Shown piece after piece: positions 29,412 to 37,679 of a stretch of 64,000 nt of DNA. Source of the stretch: a virus. The notes under the pieces are model-generated. The model made no database searches and was not told the DNA's origin. It worked only from the letters and a program-made list of their open reading frames with translations. Location of the stretch: the IMG/VR virus record IMGVR_UViG_3300022602_000031, positions 64,001 to 128,000 of that record, one strand, 5' to 3'. How positions within the stretch are numbered: the stretch's first letter is position 1; each line of letters begins with the position of its first letter. The translations under genes were made by a program, and so were the position numbers.

Positions 29412-30305
29412 ATGCCAACACAAGTACAGTTTAGACGAGGAACTAATGCCCAAAACCAAGCGTTTACGGGAGCCGTCGGTGAAATCACCGTTGATACCAC
29501 ACTTGGCACTCTACACGTACATGATGGTGTTACAGCCGGTGGTAATACTCTAGTAAGAGCAAACGGTGTTATTTACGGTTCCACAATTTATCAAAATAAC
29601 GTTCGCGTATTTAAGAATTCAACAGCATCTTCTGCTCCAAGCAGTCCAGTAGCAGGTGATGAGTGGTATGACAGCAGTTCAGATATACTATACAAATATG
29701 TATATGACGGTACTAACTATCAATGGGTTGATACCAGTCAAACTGTAAACTATCAAACTTTAGCTGTTACAGGTAATGCTACAGTTGGTGGCTACCTAAC
29801 AGCACAAAACTTTATCCTAACCGGTAACCTAACACCACAGTCTAATATTAGTTCTAATATTGGTAGTACAAGTACCTGGTATAGCAACGTATATGCTGTA
29901 AGATTTAACGGCATCAGCGTACAGGCACAATATGCCGACCTAGCAGAAAACTATATAGCAGATGAAGCGTATGCTCCTGGTACTGTAGTTGTGTTTGGCG
30001 GTGAAAAAGAAATTACAACAAGTGCTATCAGCCACGATGTACGTGCCGCTGGTGTTATCAGTACTGATCCAGCTTACTTAATGAACGACGGAGTTGACGG
30101 ATTACCAGTTGCTTTAACTGGTCGTGTTCCTTGTTTAGTAAAAGGCCCAGTAGACAAAGGCGATCGACTGGTAAACGTGGCTCCGGGCGTAGCCGGACGT
30201 TTAGAAAAAGAAAAATATGAGCCAGGTTGTATCATTGGCAAGAGCTTGAATGCTATTGAAGATGATAGCGTTAAATTAATTGAAATAGCAGTAGGAAGAT
30301 ACTAA
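29412..30305 (+). CDS. Fibre tip protein with Mtd-N-like head and C-terminal peptidase G2/intramolecular-chaperone-like domain
   Basis: QFRRGT…FTGAVGEITVDT…VHDGVTAGG; YADLAENY…PGTVV.FGG…GV.ST.PAYLMN…ALTGRVP. Confidence 0.7.
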   Translation: MPTQVQFRRGTNAQNQAFTGAVGEITVDTTLGTLHVHDGVTAGGNTLVRANGVIYGSTIYQNNVRVFKNSTASSAPSSPVAGDEWYDSSSDILYKYVYDGTNYQWVDTSQTVNYQTLAVTGNATVGGYLTAQNFILTGNLTPQSNISSNIGSTSTWYSNVYAVRFNGISVQAQYADLAENYIADEAYAPGTVVVFGGEKEITTSAISHDVRAAGVISTDPAYLMNDGVDGLPVALTGRVPCLVKGPVDKGDRLVNVAPGVAGRLEKEKYEPGCIIGKSLNAIEDDSVKLIEIAVGRY

Positions 30306-30306
30306 T

Positions 30307-31008
30307 ATGGCATTTCCATCATCACCATCATCAAACCAACAGGCTACCGTTAACGGTGTAGTATACACCTATAACAGTAGTAAAACAGCCTGGCAACGTA
30401 CAACAAGTAGTAGCACAAACTTAACTGTGGCTTCTATTGCGGTAACCAGTGCTATCACAAGTCCAAACTTATACATTAGTGGACCAACTACTATTACTGG
30501 TACAGTTACATTGACCAGTACACAACCACTATTGCCAGCATCCAATGCCGCAGTTGACATTGGTAGTAGTACACAATGGTTCCGTACATTTTACGGTAAG
30601 TCAACACAGGCACAATACGCTGACTTGGCAGAGAACTATTTAGGTGACCGCGACGACTATATGCCAGGTACTGTTATGATATTTGGTGGCTCAGCAGAAG
30701 TTACTGCTGTACAAAAAGAATACGATACTCGTGTAGCAGGAGTTGTTTCTGACAATCCAGCTTACTTGATGAATGTGGCAGATGTAGGCAATCGCTTTAT
30801 GGTTCCTATTGCCTTAACTGGACGAGTTCCGACTAAAGTCCAAGGCCCAGTTGAAATTGGTGATGTTCTAGTTACTAGTAGCCAATACGGTATCGCACAA
30901 AAAATTGATAATGCTAAATTTGTTCCTGGATGTATTTTAGGTAAAGCACTAGGAAAAATTGAAGATAATTCTGTGGGAACTATCGAAGTCGTTATTGGTC
31001 GTTTCTAA
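30307..31008 (+). CDS. Fibre-associated protein with peptidase G2/intramolecular-chaperone-like domain
   Basis: FPSSP…YTYN…W head; AQYADLAENY…GVVSDNPAYLMN…ALTGRVP. Confidence 0.68.
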   Translation: MAFPSSPSSNQQATVNGVVYTYNSSKTAWQRTTSSSTNLTVASIAVTSAITSPNLYISGPTTITGTVTLTSTQPLLPASNAAVDIGSSTQWFRTFYGKSTQAQYADLAENYLGDRDDYMPGTVMIFGGSAEVTAVQKEYDTRVAGVVSDNPAYLMNVADVGNRFMVPIALTGRVPTKVQGPVEIGDVLVTSSQYGIAQKIDNAKFVPGCILGKALGKIEDNSVGTIEVVIGRF

Positions 31009-31021
31009 ATGAGGGCTAACC

Positions 31022-32341
31022 GTGGCAACTAATATTATCGGTAGCGGAGCAGAAACAGCCCAATTATATCTAAGCGAGGCAGCCTACCCAGTAGGTACCC
31101 TAGTCAAACCTAGCGGCAATAATCCATACGAAGTTACATTGTGTGTAACACCTTATTGTACTCAACCAATTGGCGTTGTTAGTACTAACCCTGGTATATT
31201 ATCAAACGCTGATGCTGATTTAACAGTCAGACAAGGCGGCGCATATATTCCAGTTACTACGCACGGTAGAACCATTGCTTTAGTACAAGGGCCAGCGTTT
31301 GCTGGTGATAAGTTAGTAGCAGGTAACATTCCTGGCACACTAATGAGCTTGGAACAAAATCCTCCAACTACAGTTAGTGGTATGGGTATTGCCCCAACAG
31401 TATTGGCAATCTGTTTAGATACAAACCAAACCAAAAGTCCACAACCATTGAAAGTTGTAGTAAAAGGTGGCACCCCTAACCCCACCGGCAATCTAATTGT
31501 TAATAATATTACTAATATTGGAACCAGTACTGTAGGTAGTTTAGTAACTACTAATGGTGTTAACTGGGCCAATGGTATTCCGTACTCGCCTGGTACCATT
31601 ACCACTACACAATTTTTTAACGGTAGTACAACACAACTTTCATCAATGTTTACCAACATTGGCGAAGTAGCTACTGTGTCTAATGCGTCGGTAAGTGGCA
31701 CAATTCCTTTTTATGTAACTAGTCAAAGCGTACTATATTATCAAGGTACTGCTACCTCTAACTTTACAATTAATGTATTAGGGTCAAATGTAAACGTATA
31801 TTCATCAACTCCAACAGTCCAGGCACAGGGTACTGTTAATGCCTATACAATGACTATTAATGAAGTTGGTACTGGATCATTTACTTCAGGTATGAAAGTT
31901 GGATCTGCAGGTTATACTATCAATGGTGCTACTTATCCTCCACTATTTGCTAACACAGTAATACAAACAGGTTCAGGCACAACTGGTACATACACACTAA
32001 ACAACTGGGGCTACTTACCAGCACAGTCTGCTATATACGGATACGCTGTAACAAGTACAACTGGTACCAGCCTGAGTACACTATTACAGCCCGGTCAGAG
32101 TTTAAGTATTACCTTCTTAAACACAAACGGTGGTACTCCTTATTATCTAACCGGCTTTCAAATCGATGGTATAGCACAATCAGTTCGTTGGCAAAACGGT
32201 GCTTCTCCAAGTTATGGATCTGCTAATAGTATTGATGTTTATTCGTTTACTATTATACGTACCTACGCTACACAAATTGTAACCCCACCAACTTGTATTC
32301 CTGTATATACTGTACTTGGTAGCATAACCAAGTTCGCATAG
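31022..32341 (+). CDS. Fibre protein with degenerate chaperone-like N-terminus and fibre C-terminal domain (GTG start)
   Basis: AETAQLY…YPVGTLV…GVVSTNPG; C-terminal VRWQNG.SP…DVYSFTII…YTVLGS. Confidence 0.6.
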   Translation: MATNIIGSGAETAQLYLSEAAYPVGTLVKPSGNNPYEVTLCVTPYCTQPIGVVSTNPGILSNADADLTVRQGGAYIPVTTHGRTIALVQGPAFAGDKLVAGNIPGTLMSLEQNPPTTVSGMGIAPTVLAICLDTNQTKSPQPLKVVVKGGTPNPTGNLIVNNITNIGTSTVGSLVTTNGVNWANGIPYSPGTITTTQFFNGSTTQLSSMFTNIGEVATVSNASVSGTIPFYVTSQSVLYYQGTATSNFTINVLGSNVNVYSSTPTVQAQGTVNAYTMTINEVGTGSFTSGMKVGSAGYTINGATYPPLFANTVIQTGSGTTGTYTLNNWGYLPAQSAIYGYAVTSTTGTSLSTLLQPGQSLSITFLNTNGGTPYYLTGFQIDGIAQSVRWQNGASPSYGSANSIDVYSFTIIRTYATQIVTPPTCIPVYTVLGSITKFA

Positions 32342-32349
32342 GATCCGCT

Positions 32350-33105
32350 ATGCCAGCATTAAGTACACTAGGCGGCGCAAGCGTAAAAGATTTTAGAAGA
32401 AATCAAACGCCTCCATCAAACGGATTATTTTTATTCTTAGATGCAAGTAATCTATCCAGCTACCCGGGTTCGGGTAGCGTGTGGTATGATCTTAGTGGTC
32501 GTCAAAATCACATGAATATTGTGTCTAGTGCCTGGGCTAGTGGTACACCGGCATATATGAATTTCAATGGTAGTTACGGGTGTGCTAAATCGGCATCGGG
32601 ATCAGACATACACATCAGTGGAAATATAACAGCCATTGTTTGGTGTATTCCACTAAACAGCACAGGCAATTGGCGTACACTATTTCGTGGACTATCTGGC
32701 AGTCAAAACCATCAGGTTATATTTCAAGCAGGCAGTTGGGCCGTTGGTATGTACGATAACGATCACGGCACAGGATTTAACAATTCAGGATATAGTCAAC
32801 AAAGTTTACCTGGCTATCCAAACAGTTGGGTAATGATGACCTGGCAGTTTTCTACTTCAAGTCCACAGTATCAACTAAGCATTAACGGCAGTCCTAGTAG
32901 TATTGTTGGTAGTATATCTAGTTCAAACGCCACGTTTAATGATGGTATATGTAGTCTTGGTGCTTACAATAACGGTGACTTTAACCCGGCCAATGCTAGC
33001 CAGTATTTTGGACTTATCAGTCAGTGCGCCATTTATCAACGCAATTTAAACAACGACGAAATATTACAATATTTTACGGCTACACGTGGTCGTTTTGGGG
33101 TATAG
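32350..33105 (+). CDS. LamG/concanavalin-A-like lectin tip protein
   Basis: LFLDASN.SSYPGSGSVWYDLSG and IYQRNL..DEI.QYF motifs. Confidence 0.78.
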   Translation: MPALSTLGGASVKDFRRNQTPPSNGLFLFLDASNLSSYPGSGSVWYDLSGRQNHMNIVSSAWASGTPAYMNFNGSYGCAKSASGSDIHISGNITAIVWCIPLNSTGNWRTLFRGLSGSQNHQVIFQAGSWAVGMYDNDHGTGFNNSGYSQQSLPGYPNSWVMMTWQFSTSSPQYQLSINGSPSSIVGSISSSNATFNDGICSLGAYNNGDFNPANASQYFGLISQCAIYQRNLNNDEILQYFTATRGRFGV

Positions 33106-33111
33106 CATATT

Positions 33112-33852
33112 ATGCAACAATTAAGAAAAATATACCGCTCAAACTATGCCGGCGAACACATTGTTGGAAAACTCACGTTGTCCGATAATGCCTGGGATCC
33201 AAGCACAGAGTACATTCCTAATGCGGTGTTTAATACACACACAACTAGTCGGGCGGTTGTTATTGGCAACGGTGAAAGCCGTCAAGGATTTAATCTACAG
33301 CATATTGCCAATCACAAAGGCGGATTACTAGCAGCCGACAAATTACAAAGCTATGGATGTAATGCCTTGTACAGAGATTTTACACCAGATTTTTTAGTAG
33401 CAATTGGCGATACAATAGTTGACGAAATTGCTCAAAGTGAATATACCAAAGACAATATTTGTTACGCAACATCAGAATCTGTATTAAAGTATCCTGAACA
33501 ATTTTATCTGGTACCACAAAACCTACACTACGATGCCGGCGCATTGGCCGCTTACCTAGCCTGCTTTGATGGACATACTAAAGTCTTTTTACTTGGCTTT
33601 GACAACTATCCAGGTCCTGAAACAACAAATAACATTTACAAAGATACAAACGGTTATCCAGCCAACAATCACGTGTTAAATGGCGACTTCTTTACCAAGT
33701 CTTTAAATATGGTAATGACAACCTACAGTGATGTTGAATTTATAAGAGTGATGCCAAACACAGCCGCTTACATTCCCGACGGATGGAAAGGTATTACTAA
33801 TTTTAGACAAATTGACTATCGTGGATTTGTTACTGAATCAGACTTAGGTTAG
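33112..33852 (+). CDS. Conserved phage protein with GT29/MptE-like Rossmann motifs
   Basis: VIGNGESR, YGCNALYRDF.PD.LVA, V.LLGFD. Confidence 0.5.
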   Translation: MQQLRKIYRSNYAGEHIVGKLTLSDNAWDPSTEYIPNAVFNTHTTSRAVVIGNGESRQGFNLQHIANHKGGLLAADKLQSYGCNALYRDFTPDFLVAIGDTIVDEIAQSEYTKDNICYATSESVLKYPEQFYLVPQNLHYDAGALAAYLACFDGHTKVFLLGFDNYPGPETTNNIYKDTNGYPANNHVLNGDFFTKSLNMVMTTYSDVEFIRVMPNTAAYIPDGWKGITNFRQIDYRGFVTESDLG

Positions 33853-34280
33853 TTTAGAATACTTTCTAAAGTCTTAATTTTCTTTTTAATAATATCAAAA
33901 TTAAAACTACGCCACAGCCCAGGATGTAGTGGCTTGGGATGATCCTGCATTTCTACCCAGCAATACCCTCGGTGTTCTTTGTTAAGAGTTGGCACAAACT
34001 CTGTATCAACGTTTACTAAAAATGTATAATAAACAAATTTATTATTGTCTGATGTAAATGTTTCTAAGGGAATAAATTTCTTCTTGGTATAATCAACACC
34101 AATTTCTTCTTGTATTTCTCTTACCAATGCCTGTATAACAGTTTCGTTGGATTCTATTTTTCCACCAACAATACCCCAAAAGCCTTGTTGGCGACTTTTG
34201 TTACGCAGTAAAAAAAGATAACGATTGGTAGACCTGGCGTAAATTAATGCGCCAACACCTTCGGTGTGTTTATCTGACAT
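33849..34280 (-). CDS. NUDIX hydrolase (probable start 34280, TAATG-coupled to gp15)
   Basis: Perfect Nudix box GKIESNETVIQALVREIQEEIGV. Confidence 0.92.
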   Translation of the reverse strand: MSDKHTEGVGALIYARSTNRYLFLLRNKSRQQGFWGIVGGKIESNETVIQALVREIQEEIGVDYTKKKFIPLETFTSDNNKFVYYTFLVNVDTEFVPTLNKEHRGYCWVEMQDHPKPLHPGLWRSFNFDIIKKKIKTLESILN

Positions 34281-35683
34281 TATAGAACCAAACTCCACTC
34301 TCCGGCTTTGTACAGGCCTTCATAGCTTCTAGTCCATTCACCTTCGTACCAACGATATTGTACTGGTGCTGGATTACCGGCTACAGTAGTTCTTAAATTT
34401 GAAACATACTGTATACCTGGATTACGTTGACTATCAAAACTCACAGTCCAATAACTGCCATTCCACTCAATGATATCATTGGCATTGGCTACTAACTGGG
34501 TTGATTCAGGACCTGCCCAGGCCGCGGCACTTTCGCTGTCAAAACTACCAATTGGATTTAGTATAAGGTAACGAGTATGTAATGCAGGGGTTAAGATATT
34601 ACTATCAACAGTAACAGTAAATGGATCAATGATAGCATTAACTGGTGGTAATGTATTGGCAGGCTTGGTAGCATCATCTACCGAGAATATAAGTTGACTA
34701 GGATCTACAGGATTCATTGCTACAGTACCAACTATCTCGTGACTACCACCTGGGTATGGAAATTGTAAACGAGCCTGACTGATACCGTTGACTATCTTTC
34801 CATACATATTAATTAACCCGTTCCAGTCGGCTTTTTCACCTACAACAACACCATCGTTGTCGTGAGCAGTATGAGTGTACAAAGTTAAAATATTAGGACC
34901 AGTGTAAACAACTTCGTAGCCCAACGGAGTAAAACGTTGTTGACTCATTAGGCCGTTAAGAACAGTAACAACACCCGAACTCAGATCTCCTTGTGCGTCG
35001 TATATGCTAGCGATAATTTCCGCAACTACTCCGCCTTTCTTGACCTTAGCAGGTAAGGTTAACCAAATTGGTAATTCAAAAGTTAAATTAGCAATATCAA
35101 TTTGTGTATCGTCGCCCATCATTGGTACGCTACGACTTGTATAAGAAACATCAGATAACTCTATAGCACTTAAACTGGTCCAATCAAGATAGTTGTCTGT
35201 GCTTTGTATTTCCAATGCCGGATTAAACAAAGGTAGTATTTGTTCAATAATTTGATGTTTTTGTTCAGTGTTGCTGGTCCAAATATCGGCTTTGAGTGTT
35301 AGCTTATACGGTGCTGGCATTAGGCGCTCTACAGTATAGATACCTTCTTGACTGCCAACATAACTCTGTGATACCGGGTCAAATGATTGTTCACGAACAC
35401 GTCTAGTATCTTCAAAGTAGGGATTTTGTAAACGATTACGATCATACGCTAATCCGCCAATGTAAACAGCAATAGCAGGAACAGCATTAAGAGTGTTCTC
35501 GCTATTACCTCGTAGGATCATTGCGGCCTGACGACTTTGATCACCATAGTAGACTGGAATAGTTTGTAGTGTCTGATTGCCTTGTTCGTCTTTGCCAAAT
35601 TCAACCTGAAAGTTAGATAGCATACGAATAAACTGTATTACAAATCGACGGATTTGTCCATCGTAGTTAAATTGTACTGGCAT
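34280..35683 (-). CDS. gp15: Tail sheath stabiliser/completion protein, gp15-like, with C-terminal extension
   Basis: FNYD.QIRRF..QF…F.NF.V; IPV.YG; EQILPLFNP; next to gp14. Confidence 0.8.
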   Translation of the reverse strand: MPVQFNYDGQIRRFVIQFIRMLSNFQVEFGKDEQGNQTLQTIPVYYGDQSRQAAMILRGNSENTLNAVPAIAVYIGGLAYDRNRLQNPYFEDTRRVREQSFDPVSQSYVGSQEGIYTVERLMPAPYKLTLKADIWTSNTEQKHQIIEQILPLFNPALEIQSTDNYLDWTSLSAIELSDVSYTSRSVPMMGDDTQIDIANLTFELPIWLTLPAKVKKGGVVAEIIASIYDAQGDLSSGVVTVLNGLMSQQRFTPLGYEVVYTGPNILTLYTHTAHDNDGVVVGEKADWNGLINMYGKIVNGISQARLQFPYPGGSHEIVGTVAMNPVDPSQLIFSVDDATKPANTLPPVNAIIDPFTVTVDSNILTPALHTRYLILNPIGSFDSESAAAWAGPESTQLVANANDIIEWNGSYWTVSFDSQRNPGIQYVSNLRTTVAGNPAPVQYRWYEGEWTRSYEGLYKAGEWSLVL

Positions 35684-36825
35684 TAGTTATCGGCCTTTGG
35701 TCTTAAAATTTTGCTTAGTGGTTGAGTAGTAGTATTATTTACATAACTCATGCGCTGTGTCAAAGTATCTGTTCCAGGTGTGATATTAGCACGTACACTA
35801 TCTTCAATCTTGATCCAGCTAGTACCGTTGAAACGGAATAGGCGATTTGGCAAATAGTCTAAACGCAAGAAATAATCTCCTATAGCAGGTTGAGCCGGGA
35901 ACGCTACGCCAGCACCAGTTACTAGGCCATTTGGCGCACGGCCATCGCCGGTTAAGTAACCTTGTACTTTACTTGTTGGGCTCACTGGAGTTGAGTCTGC
36001 AGTAATATTAGTATTGTCTGCTGTTATAGTAGTAGAACTATCATCAGGATAACTGCTATTGCCCCCAACTGGGCTACCATCGTTGTTGGTAGCTAAATCA
36101 TAAAATGGGCTTGTGTCGTAACCAGATTTAGGAACGTCAAGTTCGGCCTGAGCAACAATGGAATTGTTGATATTAATAAACTTATCGTAGGTACTTAAAA
36201 TTTGTCCAACTGGCGTATCTGTTCCGGGGCCAGCTTTGATGTTGTTGAGAATGTCTTTGTATTCTTGGCTATCTACCAATGGGTTGAGTTTAACACGCCA
36301 TAAATGTGGCCACCAGGTTGGACTAAAACCTTCTGACGCAAAACTAGCATCACCAACAACATAGTAACGTTTTAGTGCCGCTGGTAAGTCTCCGTCTAAA
36401 GCATCATAATCTTTTAGGTGCTGAAGTTCTAGTACATCGCCGGCTATTAACTTACGGCCAATGGTATCCACCATATCACGCAAATGGAACACCATGAAGA
36501 TTGTACCAGTTTGTAAGAATAAACCAAATTGACTTAAGTCAAAGTCTTGATCAGCACGTTGATAAATTCCACGCATTTTATAAACGTCTTGGCTGTACTT
36601 GCGGTCACGATTTTCTACCCATAGCAGGTCTTGAATGTTCTGCTCACTTTGATTTAAATAATCTGGACGGGTCGGGTCTGTGCTACCAGTTTGTTCTACT
36701 GGCCCAAGATACTTGTTTAATAGTACACCAGTACCGCCAATGGTAAACATTTCTGAAATTCTGCGATCAAAAAACTTATAATCATTTGAGTGTTGACCGT
36801 CTTTCCAAAGACTTAAACGTGGCAT
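35683..36825 (-). CDS. gp14: Neck/head-closure protein, gp14-like (probable start 36825)
   Basis: DLLWVENRDRKY, DFDLSQFG, GDVLEL.H; SD AGGA before MPRLSL; coupled to gp15. Confidence 0.72.
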   Translation of the reverse strand: MPRLSLWKDGQHSNDYKFFDRRISEMFTIGGTGVLLNKYLGPVEQTGSTDPTRPDYLNQSEQNIQDLLWVENRDRKYSQDVYKMRGIYQRADQDFDLSQFGLFLQTGTIFMVFHLRDMVDTIGRKLIAGDVLELQHLKDYDALDGDLPAALKRYYVVGDASFASEGFSPTWWPHLWRVKLNPLVDSQEYKDILNNIKAGPGTDTPVGQILSTYDKFININNSIVAQAELDVPKSGYDTSPFYDLATNNDGSPVGGNSSYPDDSSTTITADNTNITADSTPVSPTSKVQGYLTGDGRAPNGLVTGAGVAFPAQPAIGDYFLRLDYLPNRLFRFNGTSWIKIEDSVRANITPGTDTLTQRMSYVNNTTTQPLSKILRPKADN

Positions 36826-36845
36826 AGCTATTCCTATTAGTCTAG

Positions 36846-36851
36846 TATTTA
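36846..36851 (-). promoter_or_regulatory. Late promoter core TAAATA for gp14-gp15-NUDIX
   Basis: Minus strand GATAAATAC upstream of ATG 36825. Confidence 0.65.
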
Positions 36852-36858
36852 TCCCCTG

Positions 36859-36887
36859 TTGACGGCTAATTCCCAAAATGTTATAAT
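36859..36887 (+). promoter_or_regulatory. Sigma70-type early promoter
   Basis: TTGACG-N17-TATAAT with extended TG. Confidence 0.85.
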
Positions 36888-36893
36888 CATATT

Positions 36894-37136
36894 ATGAGCC
36901 AGAGAATTGACGAGCTATTCTTCAAAATTATTGCCTGTAAGCAAGAGCACCAACGCGATCTTAAGCGTATATGGCACAACTGTAAACGCACAGAAGATGA
37001 GATCAGCCGGGAAGATGTAGTTTGTCGCAGAAAAGGCAGAGATACTGCTCGTATGATAGAGCTTAAACAAGAGCTTGAAGAAGATGTAAACTTATTAGAG
37101 CAGTATTTGGTTTTTGCTACTTTGCTCAATGGTTGA
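36894..37136 (+). CDS. Small helical hypothetical early protein
   Basis: 80-aa ORF starting 6 nt after the -10 box. Confidence 0.7.
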   Translation: MSQRIDELFFKIIACKQEHQRDLKRIWHNCKRTEDEISREDVVCRRKGRDTARMIELKQELEEDVNLLEQYLVFATLLNG

Positions 37137-37161
37137 CTAAATATTTCCAAAATGTTATAAT
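37133..37161 (+). promoter_or_regulatory. Sigma70-type early promoter
   Basis: TTGACT-N17-TATAAT with extended TG; shares CCAAAATGTTATAAT with the 36859 promoter. Confidence 0.85.
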
Positions 37162-37166
37162 AGTTT

Positions 37167-37679
37167 ATGTTAATATTCTTGGACACCGAATTTACTGACT
37201 TTGCCGAATCCGAATGCGATTTAATATCCATTGGATTAGTCGACGAAAATGGTAGGGAATTCTACGCAGAAAGCACACAGTACAGACAAGAAGCCTGTTC
37301 AGATTTTGTTCGGGAAATAGTGCTACCATTATTGGGACGGCACCCAGATCGTGTAGTAGATAATTATTACGGTATTGCTATAAAACTTAACGAATGGTTA
37401 AAGTACTACCAAAGTACTATTGTTACCATATGTTTTGATTATAATACCGATTGGCATTTAATGTCCAAAATGTTATTATTACTACCTGAAGAAGAATTAT
37501 TTGTAAATATCCAGGCTACAAATATCTGGGGTGACCTAGATAAACAGGCCCTGGATTGGTTTTGGTTAGAGAAAGACACAATAGGTTGGCAACAGCATAT
37601 GGCATTGTATGATGCCCACGCCAATATGTTCGCATACAAACCTTTAGTAAGGGAAAGACACAATGAAACTCAACGGTAA
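37167..37679 (+). CDS. DEDDh 3'-5' exo(ribo)nuclease, Rv2179c-like
   Basis: FLDTEF, LISIGLV, FDYNTD, HMALYDA motifs. Confidence 0.85.
   Translation: MLIFLDTEFTDFAESECDLISIGLVDENGREFYAESTQYRQEACSDFVREIVLPLLGRHPDRVVDNYYGIAIKLNEWLKYYQSTIVTICFDYNTDWHLMSKMLLLLPEEELFVNIQATNIWGDLDKQALDWFWLEKDTIGWQQHMALYDAHANMFAYKPLVRERHNETQR

Noticed and set aside
23706-30305. Diversity-generating retroelement suggested by Mtd-N-like domains
   Set aside because: No reverse transcriptase is present, and the repeats I compared differ at synonymous positions of all bases rather than only at adenines. A DGR elsewhere in the genome cannot be excluded.
11212-31701. Pro/Val-rich minus-strand ORFs (e.g. 11212-11598, 15960-16475, 31162-31701)
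   Set aside because: These are antisense shadows of Gly/Thr/Asn-rich fibre codons, with no RBS, promoter or motifs.
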